Part shown: in pieces, positions 39,210 through 48,837 of the stretch | Numbering within the stretch: the stretch's first letter is position 1 | Layout: each line of letters begins with the position of its first letter | Source: a candidate division WOR-3 bacterium | GTDB lineage: Bacteria > Hydrothermota > Tepidihabitantia > Tepidihabitantales > Tepidihabitantaceae | DNA: 64,000 nt | Reading direction: 5' to 3' | Assembly: GCA_965649205.1 (NCBI GenBank) | Contig: CBFGJV010000013.1 | Location: 10,566-74,565 of the forward strand | Program-made: the position numbers and the translations under genes | Notes under the pieces: generated by a model | Told to the model about the DNA's origin: nothing | Seen by the model: the letters and a program-made list of their open reading frames with translations, nothing else | Databases searched by the model: none

Positions 39210-41171
39210 TTGGTTATCTTAGTAGTGTTAGCAGCTCTGGTTGCGGTTCTTGCCGGAGGATTAGCGATTTTTGTTTTTCGTCACCGCGCTTCTGGTATCA
39301 GAATGTTGGAGATGGAAAAGCGACTTTATCGGCTGGAAAGGACTTCTTCGCGCGGCATCCAGGAGCGGTTGCGGCAACTGCGTCAACGTGTGGGCTTGGT
39401 GTATCTGGATGGATTAGCTGCTGCGGGAGGTGAGAATGGACGGAGGTTTGAACAGGGCGTGCAGGCGGCAGCGCGAGGAGATTGGAAGAGGGCGCTTGCC
39501 GAATGGAGGGAGGCAGAAAAAGAGGCGAAGGGAGGGCAGAGAGTAGCCCTGCTTTTTCTTGTGGCATCCTGCCAGTGGTTGAGTGGAAGCCTTGACGAGG
39601 CAAAACAGAATCTGCAGCTGGCCCTGGGTCTGGCACAGAGTCTCAGAGACCGGGCGGGTGAGGCCAGCTGTTTGTTTGTATTGGGAAGAATGGAACAGGA
39701 AAGTGGATTATTGAAAAACAGTCGGGGGCGCTATCTGAAGAGCGCTCGTTTATGGAGTCAACTTGGCGATGTGCCGTTAGAGGTGAAAGCGCTGGTGCGC
39801 GCAGCGGAGGTAGAGGAGCAGCTGGGAAGGACAAATCAGGCGTTGGAACTGCATCGACGCGCCCTTACCATATGCGAAAGAGCTGGAGACAGGTCGGGTG
39901 CAGCTCAGCGCTATATTGCTACGGGGCGGATACTGGAAGCGGGTGGGACGTTGGACCGAGCCCGGGCCGCCTACGAGGATGCGCTTCATCTGGCAAGAGA
40001 GTGTCAGGACCGAACTGCGGAGGGTGCGGCACTTGCTGCCATTGCGGGAATCCATGCCAGGCAGGGTGATCTAAAGCGTTCACTGGAAACATACAGCAAA
40101 GCTCTGCGTCTGTATCGCGATACCCAGCAGTTTTCCCGGCAGGCGTACACCTTGCTACAGGTGGCTTCCTGTCACGAACAACTGGGTGAGGCGGCGACAG
40201 CTCTGGAAGTGTACGAGCAGGCTCTGCGTCTGGCGCGGCGGATGGGTGACAAGAAAGCTATTTCCAAATCTCTTGTCGGGATGGCCGAGGGGTTGTTGTT
40301 GCACAGCGAATATGAGCGAGCGGCAGCTTTGTTGGAAGAGGCGGTATCTTTGGACCGGGAAAGCAATGACAAGCAGGAGCTGAGTCGACACCTGATTATT
40401 CTAGGCCGGGTGCTGTTGGAGCAGAACGAGACGGAAAAAGCCCAGGAGGTATTGAGAGAGGCATATGAACTCGGTCGGATGCAGAAGGATGGAGATGTGG
40501 AACTGCTCGCCGCGTTGGAATTGGGGCGAGCGCTAAGAGAATCAGGACGTACCGAAGAAGCACTCACGCTGCTGCAGCATTACCGCGAAACGAAAGACAA
40601 GGATAATCAAGTAGTAGCGCGGTTATGCGAAGAACGGGGACTGTGTTTTCTACGACTCGGTCGGGCGGCAGAGTCAGTAATTGAGTTAGAACGTGCAGCA
40701 GAGTTGAGAAGGAATAAGAACGACAGAGAATATGGGCGAATACTGGTGAATCTTGGGGTCGCCTTGAGCGGTAGTGGGAATGTTGAATCGGGTTTCCACA
40801 AGGTTCAAGAGGGGATCAATGTTTTGCACAGCTGTGGAGCGACGAGCGAAGAAGTCCGGGCCTTAAGGACTCTTGCTCGGCAGGAAAAAGAGCAGGGGAG
40901 AAAGGAACTGGCGCGGCAGAGTCTAGAGCGGGCTCTGGCCAGAGCAAAGGAAGCCGGGGAGGAGGTGGAGGAGGCGAGGTGTTTGTCTGAACTGGGCAGG
41001 TTGGCAGTGGAAAGCGGAGAGAGTGCTCGGGCACGTACCTATTTGGAACAGGCGGCAAAGGTTCTTATCCAAGCCGGGAAAAACGAAGAGGCACGTGCGG
41101 TGCTGGATGAATTGTTACGTCTGCCCCACGAGGGCGTAGGCGTGCAGCTAGTTGACGAACGTGACGTGTAG
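39210..41171 (+). CDS. Membrane-anchored tetratricopeptide repeat protein
   Basis: N-terminal TM helix followed by many ~40-aa TPR-like repeats (A...Y..AL.L.R..GD). Confidence 0.85.
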   Translation: MVILVVLAALVAVLAGGLAIFVFRHRASGIRMLEMEKRLYRLERTSSRGIQERLRQLRQRVGLVYLDGLAAAGGENGRRFEQGVQAAARGDWKRALAEWREAEKEAKGGQRVALLFLVASCQWLSGSLDEAKQNLQLALGLAQSLRDRAGEASCLFVLGRMEQESGLLKNSRGRYLKSARLWSQLGDVPLEVKALVRAAEVEEQLGRTNQALELHRRALTICERAGDRSGAAQRYIATGRILEAGGTLDRARAAYEDALHLARECQDRTAEGAALAAIAGIHARQGDLKRSLETYSKALRLYRDTQQFSRQAYTLLQVASCHEQLGEAATALEVYEQALRLARRMGDKKAISKSLVGMAEGLLLHSEYERAAALLEEAVSLDRESNDKQELSRHLIILGRVLLEQNETEKAQEVLREAYELGRMQKDGDVELLAALELGRALRESGRTEEALTLLQHYRETKDKDNQVVARLCEERGLCFLRLGRAAESVIELERAAELRRNKNDREYGRILVNLGVALSGSGNVESGFHKVQEGINVLHSCGATSEEVRALRTLARQEKEQGRKELARQSLERALARAKEAGEEVEEARCLSELGRLAVESGESARARTYLEQAAKVLIQAGKNEEARAVLDELLRLPHEGVGVQLVDERDV

Positions 41172-41471
41172 CGTATCACGCTGTGCTACGATTTCGGTCC
41201 GGCGATAATTTCTGCGGTGATGGATTACTCTGTCCGTTGCGGTTGAGGCGGGGTTGTTGCATTTGGGGAGAAAGAAGAACCCTTTGTTTTCACGCGCCTC
41301 GTCGGAAGCGGACCTACGCTTCTTTTTGGCAGCAACCACGTTAGTTCGATTCTTTGTTGGTTCGTGCCTGCTTCTAGCTGACACAACTTATTTTTGCCAC
41401 CGTTGTTTGACTCCGGCAGTGAAAATGACTATATTTCTCGCCTAAAGCGTAACCAATACAAGGAGTGTGAA

Positions 41472-42449
41472 ATGGCCAGAAAACAGATAAAGAGGATTCT
41501 TGTAACCGGCGCTGTTGGACAGATAGGCTCGGAGCTCACTTTGGCTCTGCGCAAGAAGTACGGTGCGGAGAATGTAGTTGCTACCGGTAGGAAAACGGCT
41601 CCTAGTGAGGAACTTAAGAATTCTGGTCCCTTTTACTTCATAGATGTTACTAAGCGCGAAAGTCTAGAAGAGGTAGTCAGAAAACATAACATAGACACAA
41701 TAGTGCACATGGCTGCCATTCTGTCTGCTGTGGGCGAAAAGAATCCTCTCTTGTGCTGGGATGTTAATGTTAACGGTACCCTTACCGTGTTGGAATGTGC
41801 CCGGGAACACGAGATGGCTCAGGTTTTAATTCCCAGCTCGATAGCTGTTTTCGGACCGGAGACTCCCAGAGATAATACGCCCAACGATACTATTCTAAAA
41901 CCGAAAACCATGTACGGTATAACCAAGGTGGCGGGCGAGCTGCTCGGGGATTACTATTTCTATCGTTACGGGCTGGATGTGAGAGGTCTGCGTTATCCGG
42001 GCATCATATCTCACGAAACCCCGCCGGGTGGTGGTACGACCGATTATGCTGTAGCGATATACTACGAGGCGGTGAAGCACCGTCGCTATACCTGCTTTGT
42101 CCGCGAGGATACGAGATTGCCGATGATGTATATGCCTGACTGCTTGAAGGCGACCATGGACCTGATGGAAGCAGATTTGTCTCGACTAAAGCATCATTGT
42201 GATTTTAACGTAGGGGCGATGAGTTTTAGCGCTGGTGAGTTGGCAGCGTCTATCAAGAAGTACTACCCAGATTTTGTTTGTACCTACGAGCCGGACTTCA
42301 GGCAGCAGATAGCAGATTCTTGGCCTAAGTCACTGGACGATAGCGCCGCTAGAGAGGAATGGGGCTGGCAGCCAGCTTACGACTTGGACGCCATGACTAG
42401 AGATATGCTGGCAAACCTGGAGCGCAAACACCAGCTCGGTAAGATTTGA
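41472..42449 (+). CDS. L-threonine 3-dehydrogenase (extended SDR type)
   Basis: TGAVGQIG, AILSAVGE, YGITK, PGGGTTDYA, MMYMPD, RQQIADSWP; AAGGAG SD; upstream TTGACT-N17-TATATT (41407-41435). Confidence 0.9.
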   Translation: MARKQIKRILVTGAVGQIGSELTLALRKKYGAENVVATGRKTAPSEELKNSGPFYFIDVTKRESLEEVVRKHNIDTIVHMAAILSAVGEKNPLLCWDVNVNGTLTVLECAREHEMAQVLIPSSIAVFGPETPRDNTPNDTILKPKTMYGITKVAGELLGDYYFYRYGLDVRGLRYPGIISHETPPGGGTTDYAVAIYYEAVKHRRYTCFVREDTRLPMMYMPDCLKATMDLMEADLSRLKHHCDFNVGAMSFSAGELAASIKKYYPDFVCTYEPDFRQQIADSWPKSLDDSAAREEWGWQPAYDLDAMTRDMLANLERKHQLGKI

Positions 42450-42488
42450 TCCTCTTGACGGTTTCCTTCGGCTGGAATACTATAACTT

Positions 42489-42983
42489 ATGCTGCACTAT
42501 CCCAAAAGAGACCTTTCTAAGCTGTTCGACGTTGACCGTATCTATTATGGGCAGGGTCGCGGGGAAACCGGTGTATGTCTGCACATTCCTTTTCGAAACC
42601 ACGTCGCCGGCAGTGCTCAGTCGGAAGAGCATATTATCATGATAAATGTAGCCAATAACCTCATTGAGTTTCTGCGCTACAAACGAGCAATACGTGGTCC
42701 GCAACTCTGGGACTACGATGCAGAGAAGGCGGCCGAGCCGTACACCGTGTGCGGCGACAATCCGAACGGCAGTGGTGTCATCATCCAGGATATGAGTTAC
42801 ATCGGTGGGCCGAAGTTGCAGATTTTTCTGGACAAGACGTTCGGAGCTAATGAAATAGCAGTACTGTGGAGAAATCAGATGGTGGGTGATGACCGACTAC
42901 TCCATGACTATGAACAGTACTTAAAGGAGACGCTTTCTCAAGGCGGAGAAACAGAGTCCGAGCAAGCGGAAACTGCACCGTGA
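42489..42983 (+). CDS. Hypothetical protein
   Basis: 164-aa ORF filling the gap, own promoter, stop overlaps the next ORF; no recognised family. Confidence 0.75.
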   Translation: MLHYPKRDLSKLFDVDRIYYGQGRGETGVCLHIPFRNHVAGSAQSEEHIIMINVANNLIEFLRYKRAIRGPQLWDYDAEKAAEPYTVCGDNPNGSGVIIQDMSYIGGPKLQIFLDKTFGANEIAVLWRNQMVGDDRLLHDYEQYLKETLSQGGETESEQAETAP

Positions 42984-43021
42984 AAGCCAGCGACACTGCT
43001 GGTTCGTTAGGAGTAGGTACA

Positions 43022-43714
43022 ATGCAAACAGACTTTGTGGGCGTGGCAGAGACAGGGCCAACATTCCGAGCTGTAGTGAAAGATCCGGAAGTTACCGCGT
43101 TGGTGCGAGAGGCTGACCGGCAGCTTGCCATCTTGGGGTATACTGAACACGGACAGCGTCATGCCAGGTTAGTAGCGAAGAATGCCCGTGCGATACTTCT
43201 GGCCTTAGGTAAGGAAGAAAGACTGGCTGAGTTGGCTGCCATCTCCGGTTATCTGCATGATATAGGCAACGTGGTAAACCGGGAACAGCATGAGCAGATG
43301 AGTGCTATTTTAGCCCGCGATGTGCTGCTCCGGTTGGGAATGAAGTATGAAGAAGTATTGCGGGTGATGGGGGCAATAGGAAATCATCACGAGGAGAACG
43401 GTAATCCGGTATCAGAAGTGTCGGCAGCGCTTATTCTGGCGGATAAGGCTGACGTACACAGAAGTCGGGTACGCAATCCGGCCTTTGTGAAGTTTGACAT
43501 TCATGATCGGGTCAACTACGCGGTGCGTAGCTCCACATTATCTGTTGACCATCAGGCCAAGAAAATTGTTTTTGAGCTCAAGGTTGATACGTCCATATCA
43601 CCGGTGATGGAATATTTTGAGATATTTCTGTCCCGCATGACGATTTCCCGACGGGCTGCCAGTTTTCTTGGGCTGCATTTTGAGCTGCGCATAAACGGAA
43701 CGAAGCTAGTTTAG
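43022..43714 (+). CDS. HD-domain phosphohydrolase
   Basis: GYTEHG.RH, GYLHDIGN, IGNH, ILADKAD, DIHDRVNYAV; alternative start GTG at 42980. Confidence 0.9.
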   Translation: MQTDFVGVAETGPTFRAVVKDPEVTALVREADRQLAILGYTEHGQRHARLVAKNARAILLALGKEERLAELAAISGYLHDIGNVVNREQHEQMSAILARDVLLRLGMKYEEVLRVMGAIGNHHEENGNPVSEVSAALILADKADVHRSRVRNPAFVKFDIHDRVNYAVRSSTLSVDHQAKKIVFELKVDTSISPVMEYFEIFLSRMTISRRAASFLGLHFELRINGTKLV

Positions 43715-43731
43715 CACGAAACTGGAGAAGC

Positions 43732-43760
43732 AAACGGACGGGCATTTTGCCCGCCCGTTT
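43732..43760. terminator. Terminator hairpin between convergent genes
   Basis: AAACGGACGGGCA-TTT-TGCCCGCCCGTTT; pairs fully (with one G-U) on the minus strand. Confidence 0.75.
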
Positions 43761-43775
43761 CTATGTCAGAGATGA

Positions 43776-44087
43776 CTACTGATTGTCCGCAGAACCCCGG
43801 TTTCTTGCAGAACCACCTGAACGGCCCGGTTTACCTTCGGTACGAGGTCGGGCTTCGTTTACGGTGAGGGGGCGGTTTTCTAGATTATAGCCGTTCAAGG
43901 CAGAGATGGCGGCGGCAGCTTCGTTGTCTGAAGCCATTTCCACAAAACCAAAACCGCGAGAACGGTCGGTGAATTTGTCCCGTACGATTTCTACGGACGT
44001 CACTTCTCCGTGCTGGGCGAAGAGCTCGCGCAGCTGATCTTCTGTGGTCGTGAAGGGAAGGTTCCCTACGAACACACGCTTTGCCAT
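43776..44087 (-). CDS. RRM (RNP-1) RNA-binding protein
   Basis: RNP2 VFVGNL, RNP1 RGFGFVEM, VNEARPR, Gly/Arg tail; GGAGG SD. Confidence 0.95.
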   Translation of the reverse strand: MAKRVFVGNLPFTTTEDQLRELFAQHGEVTSVEIVRDKFTDRSRGFGFVEMASDNEAAAAISALNGYNLENRPLTVNEARPRTEGKPGRSGGSARNRGSADNQ

Positions 44088-44419
44088 TCTTACATACCTC
44101 CGGTCTGTGCCTAGCTTGAGATGGGTTCCAAGTTTCCGTACGGTGCGTAGCGGGAAGTTGCGCAACCTGCCGGTTTCCTGGAAGAGCTACCTGCAAGCCT
44201 TGTCGGGCCTCTTATCTACACGGTCGCTTGCCCGGCCCCGGGCAGGCGGCAAAACATTATAGTATTCTCCATGCAGTCGTCAAGGGAAATCTTGACCGGG
44301 TTATGCAGGGTAATGCGCGGGTTATCGGTTGGGTGCCCCAAGTCAAAGAAGGTCTGTTTCGCAGGAGAATTGCCTACAAGAGGAAAAATGTTTTCTTCAG
44401 CCGTTCTGGCCGGTGGAGG

Positions 44420-45430
44420 CTAACCTACCCAGCGTTCAAAGGCAGCTATGTAGTCTTGGCTTGGTTTGTGCAGGGCTGCAGCTTCCAGTATTTTACGGGC
44501 CTGTTTACGGTCGAGCGGAGACCAGTGCTGCCATTTGGTCGGTCCATAGTTCTTTAGTCCTTCCAGCACCATGCTGGTACGGCCTGAGGCTAGCTCGGCT
44601 GCCGTGCCGAATTGTTTTTTCATTTCCTTTGCTTTGTCATAAGCGAGCTTGAAAAAAGCGGGGTAGCGATAATCTCGGGCCAGGTGATGGTCAATTACTA
44701 GAGTGACTAGCTCGGGCTGGGAAAGTATTCGGCATATGTTGATTATGCTTCGTATGAGATTGAGGTCAGGCCCGGCTTTGCTCATTACCGCGGTAGGGTA
44801 GCCATCAAGGACAACGGTTTGAGCTTTGGCCGCACAGATAAGGTCTGTGATTTCCTCTTCTACGGGACCGCTCACGTCTGAGGTGACAAGTACTTTTTCC
44901 TTGCCTCTGCTGACTTCAGTCATTATCACCGTACCAGGTTCGGCGTCTTTGGTGCCATGCCAGACCGGTCGGGAAAAGCTGATTTCTGTTTTCTTGAAGC
45001 GGAAACGTCGTCCGTCGGCTTCGATAATGTCGGTGGGCAGACCGTCAATGGAGCGGAGGAACCTTTCGGCGCGTTCAGTTTGGCTGGGAGGCAGGTCTTG
45101 GCGTGATTTTATGAAAAGCGTTTTGCGGGAGTATGCTTCCACGGAGCGTTGCGGTAGGAAGTGGTCCAGATGGTAGTGGGATATGACTATGGCAGTGGAG
45201 GAACTGCAGGTAAGGCGACATACTTCCTGGTATCTTCTAGCCAGTTCAGCTCTCTTTTCTTCCGGCAGAGGAAAGGATGCGGCTTCAGCCGAAGCTCCGG
45301 GGTCGATAGTGAGGCAGAGTTCGGGAGTAGTAATGCGGGTGCACATGCTTTTTACGCCGTGCGAGTCAAAGGCCACATACTCAACTCTGATGCGAGGCTG
45401 GTTTCCAAAAACCGAATCAGCGAGTCTCAT
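44420..45430 (-). CDS. MBL-fold metallohydrolase, UPF0282-like
   Basis: AFDS.GVKSM, IDPG, ISHYHLDH, VWHG, TSDV.GP, DGYP, IDHHLARD. Confidence 0.8.
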   Translation of the reverse strand: MRLADSVFGNQPRIRVEYVAFDSHGVKSMCTRITTPELCLTIDPGASAEAASFPLPEEKRAELARRYQEVCRLTCSSSTAIVISHYHLDHFLPQRSVEAYSRKTLFIKSRQDLPPSQTERAERFLRSIDGLPTDIIEADGRRFRFKKTEISFSRPVWHGTKDAEPGTVIMTEVSRGKEKVLVTSDVSGPVEEEITDLICAAKAQTVVLDGYPTAVMSKAGPDLNLIRSIINICRILSQPELVTLVIDHHLARDYRYPAFFKLAYDKAKEMKKQFGTAAELASGRTSMVLEGLKNYGPTKWQHWSPLDRKQARKILEAAALHKPSQDYIAAFERWVG

Positions 45431-46239
45431 ACCAGATAGAGTTGAAGGAGGTAATACCAGGCAGGAATGACGAACAGCAGGCTATCAACGCGATCCAGAA
45501 ATCCGCCATGTTGACCGAGTACACTGGAAGTGTCTTTTAGCCCGGCGGCTCGCTTGAAGATCGATTCGAACAAGTCTCCTATATGGGCGACTGTGCCGAG
45601 TCCGATTCCATACAATGCCAGTAAAGTCCAGTGTTTTCCCGCAAATGTTTCCGGAAACCGAGAGAGAAAAAGGCCGGCCACGATGGCCGAGACCAGTAGC
45701 CCGGCGAAAAATCCTTCCCAAGTTTTGTTGGGACTCAGAAGAGGGGCTAGCTTGCGACGACCCAGCAGGCTGCCCACGGCCCAGGCGGCGGTATCGTTCA
45801 TCCAGGTGAGAAGTAGGGGAAAGAAAACAAGCCAATTTGAGGCGGCAGCGCGGACACAGGCTGCTTTGAGCATTACCAGGTGAGCGGGCAGGAATCCGAG
45901 ATAGATTATGGTGAAAACACCATAAACTGGTATTCGAGGTTTGGTTTCGTTCAGAGCGACTGCCGCAATCAGGACAGCGGCGATAGGAGCGAGCAGGAAG
46001 TGGGGCAGCCACCCGCGCCAGGCTGCAGCTGTCACGGAAAAATTGAGTAGTCCGAGAAACCAGGGGTTGAGTTCAATGTCAGCGGTCCGCAACAGGCGGA
46101 CGAATTCCAGGGTGGCTAAAACTGACCAACAGGCAACCAGCAGGACCAGAAGGAGAGAGGGGCCATAGAGGACGGTCAGGAACACAGCGACGGCGAGGAA
46201 GGTTCCTATGCTCACTCTGCCCAGCAGGCCTGACTTCAT
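45427..46239 (-). CDS. cdsA: Phosphatidate cytidylyltransferase
   Basis: SPNKTWEG, GDLFES.FKR..G.KD, HGGFLDRVDS. Confidence 0.96.
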   Translation of the reverse strand: MKSGLLGRVSIGTFLAVAVFLTVLYGPSLLLVLLVACWSVLATLEFVRLLRTADIELNPWFLGLLNFSVTAAAWRGWLPHFLLAPIAAVLIAAVALNETKPRIPVYGVFTIIYLGFLPAHLVMLKAACVRAAASNWLVFFPLLLTWMNDTAAWAVGSLLGRRKLAPLLSPNKTWEGFFAGLLVSAIVAGLFLSRFPETFAGKHWTLLALYGIGLGTVAHIGDLFESIFKRAAGLKDTSSVLGQHGGFLDRVDSLLFVIPAWYYLLQLYLV

Positions 46240-46934
46240 ATACGTCCGAATCTTCTCTGGCGTTTGCCGAATTCTTCCAAGGCAGCTTCCAGATGAGCAG
46301 GCGTAAAATCGGGCCAGAGTGTCTCGGTAAAGTAAAGTTCTGTGTAAGCCAGCTGCCAGAGGAGGTAGTTGGAAATGCGGTAATCGCCACCAGTGCGGAT
46401 GAGCAGGTCAGGGTCAGGCAGAGATGGGTCGTAAAGGAAAGCCGCAAAGTCGGCATCGGTATCCACAGAAGCATGTTTGGCAATGGCGCGGCGACAGGCG
46501 TCAACTATTTCCGCGCGTCCTCCATAGCTTATGGCCAGGGTAAGAACTAAGCCGGTATTTGCGGCAGTGTCAGCGATAAGTTTCTGGAGTTTTCTCCTCA
46601 GGGCTTCGGGAAGGTCCTGGCTGCGGCCAATGGTGCGCACCTGGATGTTGTTCTTTATGAGACCGGGCCTTTCCTGGTCCATTGTACGACCCATCAGAGA
46701 CATCAAATTCTTTACTTCTTTGTCAGGCCGTTGCCAGTTCTCAGTAGAAAAAGTGTAAGTAGTGAGATACTTTATGCCCAAATCAGAACAGGCAATGACA
46801 ATGTTGTGGAGGGCTTTGACGCCTTGGCGGTGTCCCATAACCCGGGGCAACCCGCGGCGGCGGGCCCAGCGGCCGTTTCCGTCCATTATGACGGCTATGT
46901 GCTGAGGTAAGCGCGAGGGGTCAAGTTTTTTCAT
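46236..46934 (-). CDS. uppS: Undecaprenyl diphosphate synthase
   Basis: HIAVIMDGNGRWA, FSTENW.RP, DLLIRTGG..RISNYLLWQ, RRFG. Confidence 0.97.
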   Translation of the reverse strand: MKKLDPSRLPQHIAVIMDGNGRWARRRGLPRVMGHRQGVKALHNIVIACSDLGIKYLTTYTFSTENWQRPDKEVKNLMSLMGRTMDQERPGLIKNNIQVRTIGRSQDLPEALRRKLQKLIADTAANTGLVLTLAISYGGRAEIVDACRRAIAKHASVDTDADFAAFLYDPSLPDPDLLIRTGGDYRISNYLLWQLAYTELYFTETLWPDFTPAHLEAALEEFGKRQRRFGRI

Positions 46935-46992
46935 CTTACGGAGAAGGCGACCGCTGCTGCCTGTAAGCAGGAGGCGGTATTATTGCTTAGCC

Positions 46993-47550
46993 TTACTTCT
47001 CCAGTATTTCTGCTTCCTTGTTTTTCAGAAGTTCGTCCAGTTTCTTGATGTACTCGTCTGTTAATTCCTGCGTCTTTTTCACTGCGGCCTTGGAGTCGTC
47101 TTCGGAAATTTTCTTTTCTTTTTCCAGCTTTTTTATAGCTTCATTGGCTTCGCGACGCAGGTTACGAATAGCGATGCGTGCATCTTCTGTTAGCTTGGCG
47201 CAGAGACGGACCAGTTCTTTTCTCCGTTCCTCGGTAAGCGGGGGAATCTGCAACCGAATCAGGTTGGCCTCTACTTTCGGGTGCAGACCGAGTTCCGCCC
47301 GATGGATGGCCTTTTCGATTTCGGGTAATAGACTACGGTCCCAGGGTTGTACTACAAGTTGGCGGGGTTCAGGTACCGATATGCTTGCCACCTGTTTGAG
47401 CGGGGTGGGGGTATCGTAGTAGTTCACCCGGACGCCATCCAGAATCGCAGGATTGGCGCGAGAAGTACGGATGCGGGCGAACTCCGCTTCCAAAACTTCT
47501 AGCGTCTTGGTCATTTTGGTTCTGAGGTCTTTATACACTTGTTCTAGCAT
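46993..47550 (-). CDS. frr: Ribosome recycling factor
   Basis: IRTSRA, PPLTEERRK, IRNLRR, ISEDD. Confidence 0.97.
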   Translation of the reverse strand: MLEQVYKDLRTKMTKTLEVLEAEFARIRTSRANPAILDGVRVNYYDTPTPLKQVASISVPEPRQLVVQPWDRSLLPEIEKAIHRAELGLHPKVEANLIRLQIPPLTEERRKELVRLCAKLTEDARIAIRNLRREANEAIKKLEKEKKISEDDSKAAVKKTQELTDEYIKKLDELLKNKEAEILEK

Positions 47551-48242
47551 ACTAGACTCCCTATTTCTTTCCCTGATATGATATTGATTATCGAATCTGG
47601 CTGGTGCAAGTTAAATATACGGATGGGTATCTTTTGTTCCAGACAAAGGGCAAAGGCAGAGAGGTCCATTACGGCCAGGCGTTCCTGCAGGGCCTGTTCA
47701 TAGGACACTCGGGGGTAGAATTTTGCCTGTTTGTGCTTTCGGGGATCAGCCGAGAATATACCGGCAACATTGGTGGCCTTGAGCAGTATCTCTACGCGCA
47801 GTTCGGCCGCGCGCAAGGCGGCAGCTGAATCTGTGGAGAAGAAAGGATTGCCGGTACCTCCTGACAGAACCAGCACTTCCTTACGTTCCAGCGCTTCTCT
47901 TCCTCTGGCTACAGAGTACCGTTCGGTAATACCGGAGATGTCCAGGGCGCAGAGGTGGCGACTGGGAACTTTTTTCTGAAGAAGCGCATGTAAGCGGATA
48001 CCGTTGATGACAGTGGCGAGCATTCCACAGTGATCAGCGTCCACGCGATCGAGTTGCTCTTCGTCCCGACCACGGAGCAGGTTGCCGCCACCAACAACAA
48101 TGGCTAGGGCCACTTTTCTTTTTCTCGCCAGAGTCACCTGACGGACCAGGTCGTCAACTCTAGAAGGAGAAAGAAAATACTCTCCGGAGAGCTTGAGGAG
48201 AACTCTATGGTAACGGCAGCCCCGATTCGGGATTTTACTCAC
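47544..48242 (-). CDS. pyrH: UMP kinase
   Basis: RVLLKLSGE, VVGGGN, GMLATVING, GTGNPFFSTD; start placed at the GTG overlapping the tsf end. Confidence 0.94.
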   Translation of the reverse strand: MSKIPNRGCRYHRVLLKLSGEYFLSPSRVDDLVRQVTLARKRKVALAIVVGGGNLLRGRDEEQLDRVDADHCGMLATVINGIRLHALLQKKVPSRHLCALDISGITERYSVARGREALERKEVLVLSGGTGNPFFSTDSAAALRAAELRVEILLKATNVAGIFSADPRKHKQAKFYPRVSYEQALQERLAVMDLSAFALCLEQKIPIRIFNLHQPDSIINIISGKEIGSLVC

Positions 48243-48828
48243 CCACCTTGAAACGGACAAAACGTCGTATGCGAATGTTCTCGCCGAACTTGGCGATTTG
48301 CTCCTTCAGATATTGACCGACAGAAATCTCCGGGTTCTTCACAAAAGGCTGCTCTAAGAGACATACGTCTGTGTAAAACTTTTCCAGCTTGCCTTCGACT
48401 ATCTTGGCTATGACATTGGCCGGCTTACCCGACTGGGCTACCTGTTCTTCATAGATGCGTTTTTCTCTTTCCAGCATTTCGGCCGGCACACCGTCCCGGT
48501 CAATTGCCACCGGGTCGGCTGCGGCTATCTGCAGAGCCAAGTCCCGCACGAAGCGGCGAAATTCCTGATTCTTGGCGACAAAGTCGGTTTCTACGTCTAC
48601 CTCAATAAGTACGCCCAATCGTTCGCCAGGATGAATGTAGGCATCCACCACTCCGGCTGAAGTCGGACGTTCTGCTTTCTTTTCGGCTTTGGCTATGCCC
48701 TTGGCGCGCAGAATCTCAATGGCTTTGTCAATGTCGCCAGCGGCCTGTTCCAAAGCAGTTTTGCAGTCCATCATACCGGCGCCGGTGCGCTGGCGCAGGC
48801 TTTTTACTAGTTCTGCCGGTTGACTCAC
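48235..48828 (-). CDS. tsf: Elongation factor Ts (short form)
   Basis: LRQRTGAGMMDCK, ETDFVA, LLEQPF. Confidence 0.97.
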   Translation of the reverse strand: MSQPAELVKSLRQRTGAGMMDCKTALEQAAGDIDKAIEILRAKGIAKAEKKAERPTSAGVVDAYIHPGERLGVLIEVDVETDFVAKNQEFRRFVRDLALQIAAADPVAIDRDGVPAEMLEREKRIYEEQVAQSGKPANVIAKIVEGKLEKFYTDVCLLEQPFVKNPEISVGQYLKEQIAKFGENIRIRRFVRFKVGE

Positions 48829-48837
48829 AGTTCCTCC

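Noticed and set aside
48235..48828. Truncated EF-Ts pseudogene
   Set aside because: Short ~200-aa EF-Ts is a known functional form and the motifs are intact.
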